This document shows, piece by piece, positions 1 to 8,938 of a DNA stretch of 64,000 nt; position 1 is the stretch's first letter; each line of letters starts with the position of its first letter. Both the position numbers and the translations under genes were made by a program. The DNA comes from Dehalococcoidia bacterium (GTDB lineage Bacteria; Chloroflexota; Dehalococcoidia; Lucifugimonadales; GCA-2712585). The notes below the pieces were generated by a model. The model did no database searches. It had not been told where the DNA came from and saw nothing but the letters and a program-made list of their open reading frames with translations. The stretch covers positions 1,217,926 through 1,281,925 of the forward strand of contig OZ253467.1 in assembly GCA_965261665.1 (NCBI GenBank), in the 5' to 3' direction.

Positions 1-33
1 AGGACAAGGGAGGGAGGGGGTGGTGGTCTGGTG

Positions 34-42
34 TGATAGAAT
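34..42 (+). promoter_or_regulatory. candidate extended -10 promoter element
   Basis: TGATAGAAT (TGn + TAGAAT) lies 36 nt upstream of the GTG start at 78. An AAGGAG RBS is at 62-67. Confidence 0.3.
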
Positions 43-77
43 GGGCGGCAATTGGACAGAAAAGGAGTTAGATTTTC

Positions 78-1973
78 GTGACGCATTTCAATAGAGGAGC
101 CACTTTCACTGAAGAGGTACAGTTGCCGGACGACCCGCTCATTGACCTTCTGGCACAAACCAATGCTAAGGTGGAGCACTTCGACCTTTCGTCGGACGGC
201 CAGAAGATAACGTACACATCCGCCGAGTCCGGGGGGTATGACCTCTGGGTGTGCGACATCGACGGAGGGAACAACCGTCGGGTGGTGGCGATGTACCCCG
301 AGGAGTGTCTGAACCCTTCTTGGTCTCCCGACGGGGAGTGGATTGCCTATACGTCCCGTTATGACGCCTTCAAGGTTCGAGCCGACGGGTCGGAGCCGCC
401 CATCAATCTTAGCTACGGCCACGGCCCTTCTCGCGGACACGAGTTCATCCGGTGGACTCCCGACGGCAAGCGCATCGTCTACGTGATGGGAGGCCCAAAC
501 GGATACAACCAGGTGGTCTCGCTGTCTACGGACATTCCTACTGGCAAGGTTCAGCCTCACTACATCACCAACGAGGAAGCCAATAGTACGGACGTATTCG
601 TGTCGCCGGACGGTCGCCACGTGACCTTCATGTCGGACCGCTCGATCTATGAAGACTTCAAGCGGATGGACGTTTGGATTGCGCCCATTGAAGGCGGGCC
701 AGCCCGGAACATGACTCCGAATACTATGAACAATTATGAGTACCGCCCCCGGTGGTCTTCGGACGGCTCAAAACTGGTCTTCACGTCGGACCGCTCCGGC
801 TGGCGTCGGGTGGGGACCATAGAGGTGGAGAGCGGTGAGATCACTTTCCTGACGGACGAGGAATGCGACCAGTACAACCCTCGCTTCTCGCCCGACGGCA
901 AGTGGGTCGCGTACGTGGCAAACAAGCAGTGGAGCTTCCACATAATGAAGGTCCGAGCCGACGGCTCCGGTGAGCCGGTGCAACTGACCGAGGGGGATGG
1001 CATTCACGGCGGCTTCGACGCCTACCAGGTTAGGGGGTCGATACGTTGGACTGCCGACAGCAAGAGCATACTGTATGCGCACATGGACCACGCCACGACA
1101 TCCGACCTTTGGCTGATTTCCGCCGAAGGGGGCGAGCCGAAGCAGGTTACGCACCACATGCCCCAGTCGTTGGAGGACTTCCCGTTCGTAAAGCCCACGC
1201 TGATCCACTACCGCTCGAAGGATGGGTTGGAGGTTCCGGCCTGGCTTTACCGGCCCGAAGGAGCGGAAGGAAAGACGCCGCTGGTCATATATGCCCGCGC
1301 GAATACCAAGGGTCTGCACGTTCGGGCTTTCTATCCGTACATACAGTATTGGGTGCACAAGGGCTACTCGGTTATTGCGCCCTTAGTAAGGGGATCGGCG
1401 GGTCAGGGCAAGCAGTACGAGTTCTTGAACTTTGGCGATTGGGGCGGGGGAGACATCGACGATTTCGCCTACGGCGCATATCACCTGATTGAACAGGGAC
1501 TGGCTGACCCAGATAAGGTGGTGATGCACGGCGGGTCGACGGGGGGATACTTCACCTTGTGCATGATTTACCAGTACCCGGACCTGTTGAATGCGGCGGT
1601 CTGCTTCTATGGGCCGCCGGACCTAATTCACTCCGATAGGTACTCCAGTGGCGGAGGCAAACCGGTTCTTGGGGACGTGGTGGCGGGTGACCGGGGCGGG
1701 CCGGATATGGCGCCGGACCACTGGCGGGAGCGTTCTGCCATCTTTAACCTGGACAAGGTCAAGACGCCGCTGCTGATTCTTTGGGGTGACCGGGACGGGG
1801 TGCGAATCAGCATGGCGGACGACTATTTCCGCGCCGCAAAAGAACGGGGCTTGTACACAGAGTACATCCAGTACAACTGCGAGCCTCACGGCTGGTACCA
1901 TTGGCGGCCGGAGAACGTGCGGGACTCGATGCGCCGAATGGCGGCGCACTTCAAGAAGTTCACCGGGGTTTAG
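78..1973 (+). CDS. S9-family serine peptidase (prolyl oligopeptidase / dipeptidyl aminopeptidase-like) with N-terminal TolB-type beta-propeller
   Basis: 631-aa ORF. It has repeated SPDG/TPDG/SSDG propeller-blade motifs. The C-terminal alpha/beta-hydrolase region carries a GGSTGGY nucleophile elbow and later WGDRDGVR and EPHGW (Asp/His region). Confidence 0.9.
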   Translation: MTHFNRGATFTEEVQLPDDPLIDLLAQTNAKVEHFDLSSDGQKITYTSAESGGYDLWVCDIDGGNNRRVVAMYPEECLNPSWSPDGEWIAYTSRYDAFKVRADGSEPPINLSYGHGPSRGHEFIRWTPDGKRIVYVMGGPNGYNQVVSLSTDIPTGKVQPHYITNEEANSTDVFVSPDGRHVTFMSDRSIYEDFKRMDVWIAPIEGGPARNMTPNTMNNYEYRPRWSSDGSKLVFTSDRSGWRRVGTIEVESGEITFLTDEECDQYNPRFSPDGKWVAYVANKQWSFHIMKVRADGSGEPVQLTEGDGIHGGFDAYQVRGSIRWTADSKSILYAHMDHATTSDLWLISAEGGEPKQVTHHMPQSLEDFPFVKPTLIHYRSKDGLEVPAWLYRPEGAEGKTPLVIYARANTKGLHVRAFYPYIQYWVHKGYSVIAPLVRGSAGQGKQYEFLNFGDWGGGDIDDFAYGAYHLIEQGLADPDKVVMHGGSTGGYFTLCMIYQYPDLLNAAVCFYGPPDLIHSDRYSSGGGKPVLGDVVAGDRGGPDMAPDHWRERSAIFNLDKVKTPLLILWGDRDGVRISMADDYFRAAKERGLYTEYIQYNCEPHGWYHWRPENVRDSMRRMAAHFKKFTGV

Positions 1974-1975
1974 GG

Positions 1976-2239
1976 GGACGGGCGCCCACAAGGGACGCCC
2001 CTACAGGGGATTGCTGAAGGTCTAGAGGGACGGGCGCCCACAAGGGACGCCCCTACAGGGGATTGCTGAAGGTCTAGAGGGACGGGCGCCCACAAGGGAC
2101 GCCCCTACGGGGGATTGCCGAAGGTCTAGGGGGATGGGCGCCCACAAGGGACGCCCCTACGGGGGAAGGGGAGTGGGAGAGGCGGATTTCTATGACGACG
2201 AGATCTCCCAAGGACGGGCGGTTCCCGAACCGCCCCTAC
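1976..2239 (+). repeat. tandem REP-like hairpin array (4 units of 52 bp plus one variant hairpin)
   Basis: GGGCGCCCACAAGGGACGCCCCTAC occurs at 1980, 2032, 2084 and 2136, each followed by a conserved tail (aggggattgctgaaggtctagag). GGGCGGTTCCCGAACCGCCCCTAC is at 2216-2239. Confidence 0.9.
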
Positions 2240-2290
2240 GAGAATGACATTTGGGGACGCTAGGCGCGGGATGGCATCCAGTTAAAGAGG

Positions 2291-2625
2291 GGGATGGGTC
2301 CCCGCATTCGCGAGGACAACGGAGGGGAGGGCGCCCACGAGGGACGCCCCTACAAGGGATTGCCGGGGTCAGAGGGACGGGCGCCCACAAGGGACGCCCA
2401 TACAAGGGATTGGCGGGGTTTAGAGGGACGGGCGCCCACAAGGGACGCCCCTACAAGGGATTGGCGGGGTTTAGAGGGACGGGCACCCACAAGGGACGTC
2501 CCTACAAGGGATTGCCGGGGTCTAGGGGGGACGGGCGCCCACAAGGGACGCCCCTACAAGGGATTGCCGAAGGTCTAGGGGGACGGGCGCCCACAAGGGA
2601 CGCCCATACAGGGGGATTGGCGGGG
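2291..2625 (+). repeat. tandem REP-like hairpin array (6 units of about 52 bp), preceded by a gggtccccgcaTTcgcgaggacaacgg element
   Basis: GGGCGCCCAC(A/G)AGGGACGCCC(C/A)TAC copies run from 2329 to 2609 with a conserved inter-hairpin tail. There are no unique spacers. Confidence 0.9.
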
Positions 2626-2913
2626 TTAGTCGGCCAGTTGGAATCGCTCCGACTTCGGCGGGCGGGACCATAGAGCGCCGGCGCCGGCCATGGCGGCGGA
2701 TCGCTCCGGGCTGGCGCGCCACTGATCGTAGATTTCGCTGCTCTCCCACGTGACTAGGGTCGTTATCTTCGTGGGGTCGGTGAGGGAATAGAGGGTCGTC
2801 CTCGCGCCGAAGCCCGGGGCTTGGCTCTGGGCGCGTCCGTTGCCCTCGAGCAGCCTTCGCGCCTCGTCGATTTTATCGTCCTTGGCCCAGTGGTGAGTCA
2901 AAACGCCAATCAT
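2626..2913 (-). CDS. antibiotic-biosynthesis-monooxygenase (ABM) domain protein
   Basis: 95-aa ORF of typical ABM size. The pattern is VLTHHWAKDDK...TLVTWESSEIYDQW. Confidence 0.7.
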   Translation of the reverse strand: MIGVLTHHWAKDDKIDEARRLLEGNGRAQSQAPGFGARTTLYSLTDPTKITTLVTWESSEIYDQWRASPERSAAMAGAGALWSRPPKSERFQLAD

Positions 2914-2949
2914 GTTTTCTCCTTTCGTCCGTGGGGTTGGGAATTCGGG

Positions 2950-3411
2950 TCACTTGGCCAGTAGGAATATGGCCCCACCGGCCAGAATGACGCCGGCTAT
3001 TCTTTCGATGCTTATGGGTTCCTTGAGGATGAGGAATCCGAGGACTGCAACTATGGCGATATTCATGCCGAAGAGGGGCGAAACGGTGGAGATGGGCCCC
3101 CGGCTAAGGGCCATGTACAGGCTGATGATGCCGATGCTCAGGGCGACGCCGGAGAGGACGAGGAAGAGGGTGGGTTGGTTGAAGGCCAGATGGTCCGTAA
3201 TCTTCACACCTCGGTAGAGGGCCCAGAGGAGGGCGGCGGCCACCAGAAAGAAGTTGGTCACGAATACGGCGGCTTCCGGCGGGATGCTCTTCAGGGAGAA
3301 CTTCAGCAGAATTATCATGACCGCGTATGCGGACATGGCGATTAGGGTCCAGACGATATAGTGCACCGGTCGACTCTCCTGCGTTGGCAGATTGCTGGCC
3401 CTATTGTACAT
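2950..3411 (-). CDS. small EamA-like (DMT superfamily) membrane protein
   Basis: 153-aa ORF that is almost entirely hydrophobic with 4-5 predicted TM helices. The family call is from memory of the pattern only. Confidence 0.6.
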   Translation of the reverse strand: MYNRASNLPTQESRPVHYIVWTLIAMSAYAVMIILLKFSLKSIPPEAAVFVTNFFLVAAALLWALYRGVKITDHLAFNQPTLFLVLSGVALSIGIISLYMALSRGPISTVSPLFGMNIAIVAVLGFLILKEPISIERIAGVILAGGAIFLLAK

Positions 3412-3508
3412 GAGGGCTGGCGCTATTGACTCTAAGGTTAGGTTGGTTCAAAATCCAACCGGAAGATGGGTGTGGGAGAGGCGGTAGAGTAACAGTTGTG
3501 GAGGGGAG

Positions 3509-4858
3509 ATGATTTACGATTCAGCCCAGGGGAATATAACCATCGCAGTGGCAGGGGATGCCATGATAACCCGTCCCATGCGGATGTTTCGGGAGCAGTC
3601 CTTCTTGAGTCTGGTGGAGCTTCTGAAAGGCGCCGACGCAAGCGTGGTGAATCTGGAGATGCTCTTCCACGACTACGAGATGAGTTGGGAATACAAGGAT
3701 ACGGTGTCATTCCAAGTGTCGGACCCTACCAACATAACCGAGCTTCAGTGGATGGGCTTCAACGTGGTGACAACGGCGAACAACCACTCCTATGACTACT
3801 CGGAGGCGGGGTTCGTAAAGACGCTGGAGCACTGTAAGAAGAAGGGGCTGAAGCAGGCGGGGGGCGGCAGGGACCTGGACCACGCCAGGGCTCCGGCGTA
3901 CCTGGACACTGCCGGCGGACGAGTGGCGGTGATGAGTGCAACGACGACGTTTTCGAAGGACTCGCCGGCGGGATTCGGCAGGCCTGATTTTCCCGGCAAG
4001 CCGGGGGTAAACGCGCTGCGGCATAACGTCATGCATCACGTGGAGAGTGACGTCTTCGACGCCCTTCACAAGGCGAACCGGAATTTGGGATTGCAGGAGC
4101 GAGAGATGGCCGGTCGCCGGTTCCACCCCGTGAACGTGGACGAGTACGATCCGCGTAGGGAGCTGCGGTTCATGGGCGGGAAGTTTTCCCTTGCCGAGGA
4201 GTACGGCATCACGACGGCGTGCAACAGGGACGATCTGGCGGGCATCAGCAATTGGATAAGGGGAGCAAAGAAGGCCGCCGACTGGCCGATTTACGGGGTG
4301 CACTGCCACGAAAGCGGCGAGGAAGGCGAATACCACGGGGGGTCCCGGATTGCGCCGCCAAAGTTCCTGGAGGAATTTGCCCATTTCAGTATTGACCAGG
4401 GGTGCAGCCTCTTTTTTGCCCACGGGCCGCACTTTCTGAGGGGCATAGAGATATACAAGAACCGGCCTATCTTCTATAGCCTGGGGAACTTTATTTTCCA
4501 GAACGAGACGGTCCAGTGGGTGCCAGAGCCGGTGTATCGGGGTCTAAATCTTGGCGACGAGCATAATCCTGGAGACTGGGGGTTGGCTCGTTCGGGCGGG
4601 GGACAGTTTGGCTTTGCCGCAGACCCGGTCTTCTACCGGAGTGTGGTTGCCCTCTGCGACTACGTGAACGGGGAACTGAAGGAGATCCGGCTGCATCCCA
4701 TCGACCTGGGGTTCCAGCAGCCTATGAGCCAACGGGGGAGGCCGGTGATGGCCTACGGGCCCGTGGCGCAGCAGGCGCTTCGGTGGCTACAAGAGGTGTC
4801 GAAGCCGTATGGCACGGAGATAAGTATCGAGGGGGACGTGGGTGTCATCAGGCTTTAG
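3509..4858 (+). CDS. CapA/PGA_cap-family metallophosphatase-like protein
   Basis: 449-aa ORF. It has GD at the N-terminus, TANNHSYDY, GVHCHE and a GNFIF motif typical of the CapA family. Confidence 0.8.
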   Translation: MIYDSAQGNITIAVAGDAMITRPMRMFREQSFLSLVELLKGADASVVNLEMLFHDYEMSWEYKDTVSFQVSDPTNITELQWMGFNVVTTANNHSYDYSEAGFVKTLEHCKKKGLKQAGGGRDLDHARAPAYLDTAGGRVAVMSATTTFSKDSPAGFGRPDFPGKPGVNALRHNVMHHVESDVFDALHKANRNLGLQEREMAGRRFHPVNVDEYDPRRELRFMGGKFSLAEEYGITTACNRDDLAGISNWIRGAKKAADWPIYGVHCHESGEEGEYHGGSRIAPPKFLEEFAHFSIDQGCSLFFAHGPHFLRGIEIYKNRPIFYSLGNFIFQNETVQWVPEPVYRGLNLGDEHNPGDWGLARSGGGQFGFAADPVFYRSVVALCDYVNGELKEIRLHPIDLGFQQPMSQRGRPVMAYGPVAQQALRWLQEVSKPYGTEISIEGDVGVIRL

Positions 4859-5002
4859 GGACAAAGCGGTCACGTGCAGAAGCATGTCAGCATTGCATAC
4901 TGACTCGGTTATCTAAGACGGCAGAACTATTATGTGCAGAAGCAAGTCAGTTTTGCCGTCAACGCGATCATCTGGATCGATCATCTAGGATAGTGTTTGA
5001 TC

Positions 5003-5230
5003 ATGTGTAGAAGTATCAAAAGGCTGAGGCAGGCTGAGGCAGTGGCCGCCCCTGAGGAGATAGAGGCGGCGGCGTTGCAGTACGTCCGGAAGATAAGCGG
5101 GTACCGGCAGCCCTCCAAGGTGAACGCAGCGGCTTTTGACGAGGCGGTGCTGGAGGTGACTGAGGCGTCGCGGCGGTTGTTGGGGAGACTGCGGGTTCTT
5201 TCGAGTCCGGCGGGTCGCGCCGAGGCCTGA
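5003..5230 (+). CDS. DUF2277-family small protein
   Basis: MCRSIKRLR...EEIEAAALQYVRKISGYRQPSKVNAAAFDEAV matches the remembered DUF2277 N-terminal consensus (MCRNIK...AALQYVRKISG). The ATG at 5003 is preferred over the TTG at 4997. Confidence 0.7.
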   Translation: MCRSIKRLRQAEAVAAPEEIEAAALQYVRKISGYRQPSKVNAAAFDEAVLEVTEASRRLLGRLRVLSSPAGRAEA

Positions 5231-5293
5231 GAGACAGCAGGGAATCTACGAGACCTCGAATCGCAAGAATGAATCGCAGTTGATGGCCCGTCC

Positions 5294-6589
5294 GTGATAG
5301 TTGGCTGGTTCTTAGCCCAACCGAAGAGGCTCTTCTACGGCTGGTGGATAGTCATTGCCGGCCTGGTGAGCATGACGCTGTCTTCCGGGTTGTTCTTCAA
5401 CGGGTTCGGGTTTTACTTTCTACCGATACAGTCTCAGTTCGGCTGGAGCAGTACGGCGATGTCCGGGGCAGTTTCCCTATCCAGGCTGGAGAGTGGGCTG
5501 CTGGGGCCGTTGGAGGGGTACTTGATCCAGCGGCACGGCCCGCAGAGGGTTATGCTGGTGGGGTTTGTGGTGTTTGCGCTGGGGTTCGCGTTTCTGAGCC
5601 AGGCCAACAACATTTTTGTCTTCTACGTGGCGATTCTGGTGATGGCGTTGGGTTCAGGCTTGGCGGGGTTTGCGGCGGTGGTGGCGTCCATCAACAACTG
5701 GTTCCGCCGGAACAGAAGCAAGGCGTTCGGGATATCGATGTTGGGACTGGGATTGGGGGGCGTTATTTTTTCCTCGTTGCTTGCCTGGTCGATAGCGGCG
5801 TATGGATGGCAGTTAACGGCTTTGGCTTCGGGGGGGCTTCTGCTTGTTTTGGGCATACCCATTTCTCGGGTAGTTCGCTTCAGCCCGGAACCATACGGCT
5901 ACCTACCGGACGGAGACGACCCTAATGAGGAGGCTGAATCGCCCACAGACGAGAAGCCGAGGCGACGGTTGGAGCCGCCGGCGGATGAGGATTTCACGTG
6001 GCGGGAAGCGTTGCGAACGCCGGCATTCTGGATAATCTCGGTATGTCATGCGCTGGCGCTGGTAGCCATCTCCGCAACGGGAGTACATCAGGTGGCATAC
6101 ATGGAGGAGGACCTGGGCTTGTCCGGGACTAGTGCGGCGTTGGTGGTGGTGGTCCTTTCATCGGTGATGATGGTGTGCCAGCCAATGGGGGGCTTTCTGG
6201 GCGACCGGTATTCCAAGAGGCATATCGCGGCGGTGTGTCTGTTGGGTCACGGGGTGGCGATGGTGCTGCTGGCGATGGCGACGGGATTCGGGTCATTGAT
6301 GGTGTACGCGGTGGTGCAGGGGCTTGCTTGGGGGACTCGCGGGCCGATAATTACGGCGATGCGGGGGGACTACTTCGGGCGGAAGGATTTTGCCCTGATC
6401 AACGGGTACTCGCAGGTGATTATGATGATGGGGATGATAGTGGGGCCGCTTCTGGCGGGATTCATGGCGGACAACTATAGCTATAGCGGCGGCTTTCTGA
6501 TCATTTCGGGAATGGTGGGCGCGGGATCGATTCTTTTTCTGGTGATGCGGAAGCCCATCAAGAAGAGTGCGGAGGGGGTCGTAGGGTGA
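5294..6589 (+). CDS. MFS transporter
   Basis: 431-aa ORF with about 12 TM helices in 6+6 organisation and a charged central loop (PDGDDPNEEAESPTDEKPRRR). Confidence 0.85.
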   Translation: MIVGWFLAQPKRLFYGWWIVIAGLVSMTLSSGLFFNGFGFYFLPIQSQFGWSSTAMSGAVSLSRLESGLLGPLEGYLIQRHGPQRVMLVGFVVFALGFAFLSQANNIFVFYVAILVMALGSGLAGFAAVVASINNWFRRNRSKAFGISMLGLGLGGVIFSSLLAWSIAAYGWQLTALASGGLLLVLGIPISRVVRFSPEPYGYLPDGDDPNEEAESPTDEKPRRRLEPPADEDFTWREALRTPAFWIISVCHALALVAISATGVHQVAYMEEDLGLSGTSAALVVVVLSSVMMVCQPMGGFLGDRYSKRHIAAVCLLGHGVAMVLLAMATGFGSLMVYAVVQGLAWGTRGPIITAMRGDYFGRKDFALINGYSQVIMMMGMIVGPLLAGFMADNYSYSGGFLIISGMVGAGSILFLVMRKPIKKSAEGVVG

Positions 6590-6620
6590 GCAAGGAACTT
6601 AATCCAGAAGGAGGAGTGCG

Positions 6621-7127
6621 TTGATAAGGAGCCTCGGAGAAAAGACGCCCCGCATTGCGGAGACAGCTTGGGTCAGTGAGTTTGCCTACGTGATTGGCGA
6701 CGTGGAGATTGGGGAGCATTCCAGCGTTTGGCCCGGCGTTACGATTCGCGGAGACGGGGACGGCCCGGTAGTGCTGGGCAACTACGTGAACGTGCAGGAG
6801 GGGTCGGTCATACACGGGAGTCACATGGTCATTGAGGATAACGTGACGGTGGGGCACTGCGTGGTGGTGCACTGCCAGCGCATCGGATCGGGGTCGCTGA
6901 TGGGGAATAACAGCACGATCCTTAACGGCACGACGGTGGGGAGGCGGTGTTTGGTGGCGGCTAACGCTGTGGTGTTGGCCAATAGCGAGGTGGCGGAGGG
7001 TTCTTTTGTGACGGGGGTGCCCGGCAAGGTGAAGAGGCCGGTTACGGAGGCTCAGGTTGAGAGGATGATGCGGACGGCCCGGAGCCTGGCAGACAAGGCA
7101 AAGGTGTTCAAGGACAGCGGGGTCTAG
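6621..7127 (+). CDS. gamma-carbonic-anhydrase-like / hexapeptide-repeat (LbH) protein
   Basis: 168-aa ORF. KTPRIAETAWVSEFAYVIGDVEIGEHSSVWPGVTIRGD plus hexapeptide repeats. An AAGGAGGAG RBS precedes the TTG start. Confidence 0.85.
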   Translation: MIRSLGEKTPRIAETAWVSEFAYVIGDVEIGEHSSVWPGVTIRGDGDGPVVLGNYVNVQEGSVIHGSHMVIEDNVTVGHCVVVHCQRIGSGSLMGNNSTILNGTTVGRRCLVAANAVVLANSEVAEGSFVTGVPGKVKRPVTEAQVERMMRTARSLADKAKVFKDSGV

Positions 7128-7136
7128 TTATTGCAT

Positions 7137-7235
7137 GACGGGTCATTGCATGACGGCAAGTTTTGCTATGTTGGGTGAGGGCTAGGTTGGCACTCGGGAT
7201 ATGGCGACGGGTCATTGCATGACGGCAAGTTTTGC
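7137..7235 (+). repeat. two 30-nt direct repeats containing the palindrome GTCAT-TGC-ATGAC
   Basis: gacgggtcattgcatgacggcaagttttgc occurs at 7137-7166 and 7206-7235. A partial extra copy of attgcatgacgg lies just upstream. The locus sits between two convergent gene ends. Confidence 0.85.
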
Positions 7236-7275
7236 AGCGTAGAGCCGTATCCCGGGTTGGCGTGAGATTCCAGGC

Positions 7276-7300
7276 GGGCGCCCACAAGGGACGCCCCTAC
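7276..7300 (+). repeat. solitary REP-like hairpin
   Basis: GGGCGCCCACAAGGGACGCCCCTAC. Confidence 0.9.
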
Positions 7301-7313
7301 GGTAGGGTTGTTG

Positions 7314-8174
7314 CTAGCTGAGGTGGGATTCCGACCAGAAGGCGGCGGCCCCTAGCAGGCCAACGTCGTCGCCGGTTTCTGCCCTGACCACACGGACGCT
7401 GGAGGCGAGGCGGTAGGGGCCGGCCCGGGCGAGCATAGCCCGCATGGGTTCCAGCAGCGGCTCGCCGGCGGTGGTCATACCGCCGCCAACTACAACCAAT
7501 TCGGGGGAGAAGCAGTGGACAAGGTTGTAGATGCCAATGGCGAGGTCCCTGCGTAGCTGTTCGAAGACTCTTGTGGCTTCGGGGTCTCCCTTGCCCGCGC
7601 GTTCGGCGAGTTCTGAGACGTCGAGTCCCATGGAGCGGCGCAGGGCGATGCCGGAGGCAAGTTCCTCGACGGTTCCGCCGGTGGACCTGTCGATGATGGT
7701 GTGGCCGATTTCGCCGAGGGAGAATCTACCCTTGAGGAGGCGTCCGTTGAGGACGACGCCGCTGCCGACGCCGGTGCCGGCGGCCACGTATACGATGTCC
7801 TGGCTGCCCCGGCCGGCGCCGTAGCGGTATTCGCCGAGGGCGGCCAGGTCGGCGTCGTTGGCGAGGAGGGTTTCCAGGCCGAGGGCGTCGGACAACTGCT
7901 GCCCGCTGATGGTGCCCTCCCATGCCGCCAGATTCGGGAGTTTAACGACCTCCTGGTTGTGGTAGTCGACCATTCCGGGCACGCCTATCACTGCTCCTTC
8001 CACCTTGCCGGGAGCCTGCTCAAGGGCGGTGCGGAGGGCGTCTATGAGGGTATTGGGGTTATTGTCGAGGCTGAGTACGACTTGCTTGTCGTGGACGTGA
8101 CCTTGGAGGGAAACCAGGGCGATCCGCATACGGGTGCCGCCAAGGTCGCAGGCCAGAATCTGATGGTCGAGCAA
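7314..8174 (-). CDS. ROK-family sugar kinase (glucokinase-like)
   Basis: 286-aa ORF with an N-terminal LACDLGGTRMR ATP-binding motif, NDADLAALGE and GTGVGSG motifs. Confidence 0.85.
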   Translation of the reverse strand: MLDHQILACDLGGTRMRIALVSLQGHVHDKQVVLSLDNNPNTLIDALRTALEQAPGKVEGAVIGVPGMVDYHNQEVVKLPNLAAWEGTISGQQLSDALGLETLLANDADLAALGEYRYGAGRGSQDIVYVAAGTGVGSGVVLNGRLLKGRFSLGEIGHTIIDRSTGGTVEELASGIALRRSMGLDVSELAERAGKGDPEATRVFEQLRRDLAIGIYNLVHCFSPELVVVGGGMTTAGEPLLEPMRAMLARAGPYRLASSVRVVRAETGDDVGLLGAAAFWSESHLS

Positions 8175-8184
8175 GGCGTTTCGT

Positions 8185-8682
8185 CTAGGCTGGACGGGAA
8201 TGGGGAGTTTTGAGATAGGAGCGTTCCAGGGAGAGGACTTTATCCAGGCGACGCTGATACTTTTCCTCGGTGAGGAAGCCGGCGTTCAGGAACTCGATGA
8301 CGAGATTCTTGGCCAAGTCGGCTGAGATGATGCGAGCGCCGAGGCAGAGGACGTTCATGTCGTCATGCTCCACGCCCTGGCGGGCGGAGTATGCGTCGTG
8401 GCAGACAGAGGCGCGAACACCGGGGACTTTGTTGGCGGCGACGCTGGCCCCGACGCCGCTACCGCAGATGACGATGCCGCGCCATGCCTGGGCGGAGGCC
8501 ACTCTTTCGGCGACGGCTTTGGTGAAGTCCGGGAAATCGTCCAGGGGATCGAGGGAGTGTGCCCCCACGTCGTAAACCTGGTGGCCGAGGGACTGCAGGA
8601 ATGGGAGGAGATGCTGCTTCAGCTCAAAGCCGCCGTGGTCGGCACCGAGGGCGAGTTCTTTAGTTGCTAGTGGGTTGGTCAT
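8185..8682 (-). CDS. rpiB: ribose-5-phosphate isomerase B (RpiB/LacAB family)
   Basis: LGADHGGFELK...VICGSGVGASVAANKVPGVRA...ARQGVEHDDMNVLCLGAR. The start is taken at the ATG at 8682. The ORF extends to a TTG at 8709. Confidence 0.85.
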   Translation of the reverse strand: MTNPLATKELALGADHGGFELKQHLLPFLQSLGHQVYDVGAHSLDPLDDFPDFTKAVAERVASAQAWRGIVICGSGVGASVAANKVPGVRASVCHDAYSARQGVEHDDMNVLCLGARIISADLAKNLVIEFLNAGFLTEEKYQRRLDKVLSLERSYLKTPHSRPA

Positions 8683-8705
8683 AGGGGTGGATATGAGAGT
8701 GGGGT

Positions 8706-8846
8706 TCAATGCTGACGAGATTCTTCGCTGTGCTCAGAATGACAGGTGGTGGGCGCAGAATGACAGGTTGGGGGGTAGAGTGACAGTTGGGGTGCAGAGT
8801 GACATATGGGGTGGGCAGAGAGGGCGGGTTTGAAACCCGCCCCTAT
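8706..8846 (+). repeat. mosaic of a gagattcttcg...gaatgac element, about 20-bp tandem (c)aga(a/g)tgaca units x4, and a REP-like hairpin
   Basis: gagattcttcgctgtgctcagaatgac is at 8717-8743, followed by cagaatgacagg / agagtgacag / cagagtgacat units. GGGCGGGTTTGAAACCCGCCCCTAT is at 8822-8846. Confidence 0.85.
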
Positions 8847-8938
8847 GGAATGGGTTGCAACGTCGGAGTCAACAGCACGCTTACGGTATATTCTCATGGC
8901 AATGGAGAGTCTATTTTAGTGGAGTGTGGTGGGGGATT

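Noticed and set aside
1976-2625. The regularly spaced repeats here, and likewise at 31499-32283, 45455-46075 and 57055-57650, could be CRISPR arrays.
   Set aside because: The sequence between hairpins is itself conserved from unit to unit, so there are no unique spacers. Units are 52-133 bp composites. No cas genes are present in the window.
2251-2673. ORFs lying inside the repeat arrays could be real low-complexity proteins. Examples are 2251..2673, 2294..2578, 31472..32077, 31668..31961, 45460..46129, 57218..57427 and 10560..10931.
   Set aside because: Their 'proteins' are simply translations of the hairpin repeats (GRPYKG, APTRDAPT, MGPRMREDNGGEG and similar). They occur in several frames and on both strands. 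They have no RBS or codon-usage support that I can see.
7405-7425. GTAGGGGCCGGCCCGGGC inside the ROK kinase gene could be an opposite-orientation REP copy.
   Set aside because: It lies within a well-conserved coding region (encoding ..AGPYR..) and lacks the family's GGGC...GCCC stem organisation, so it is most likely a chance match.
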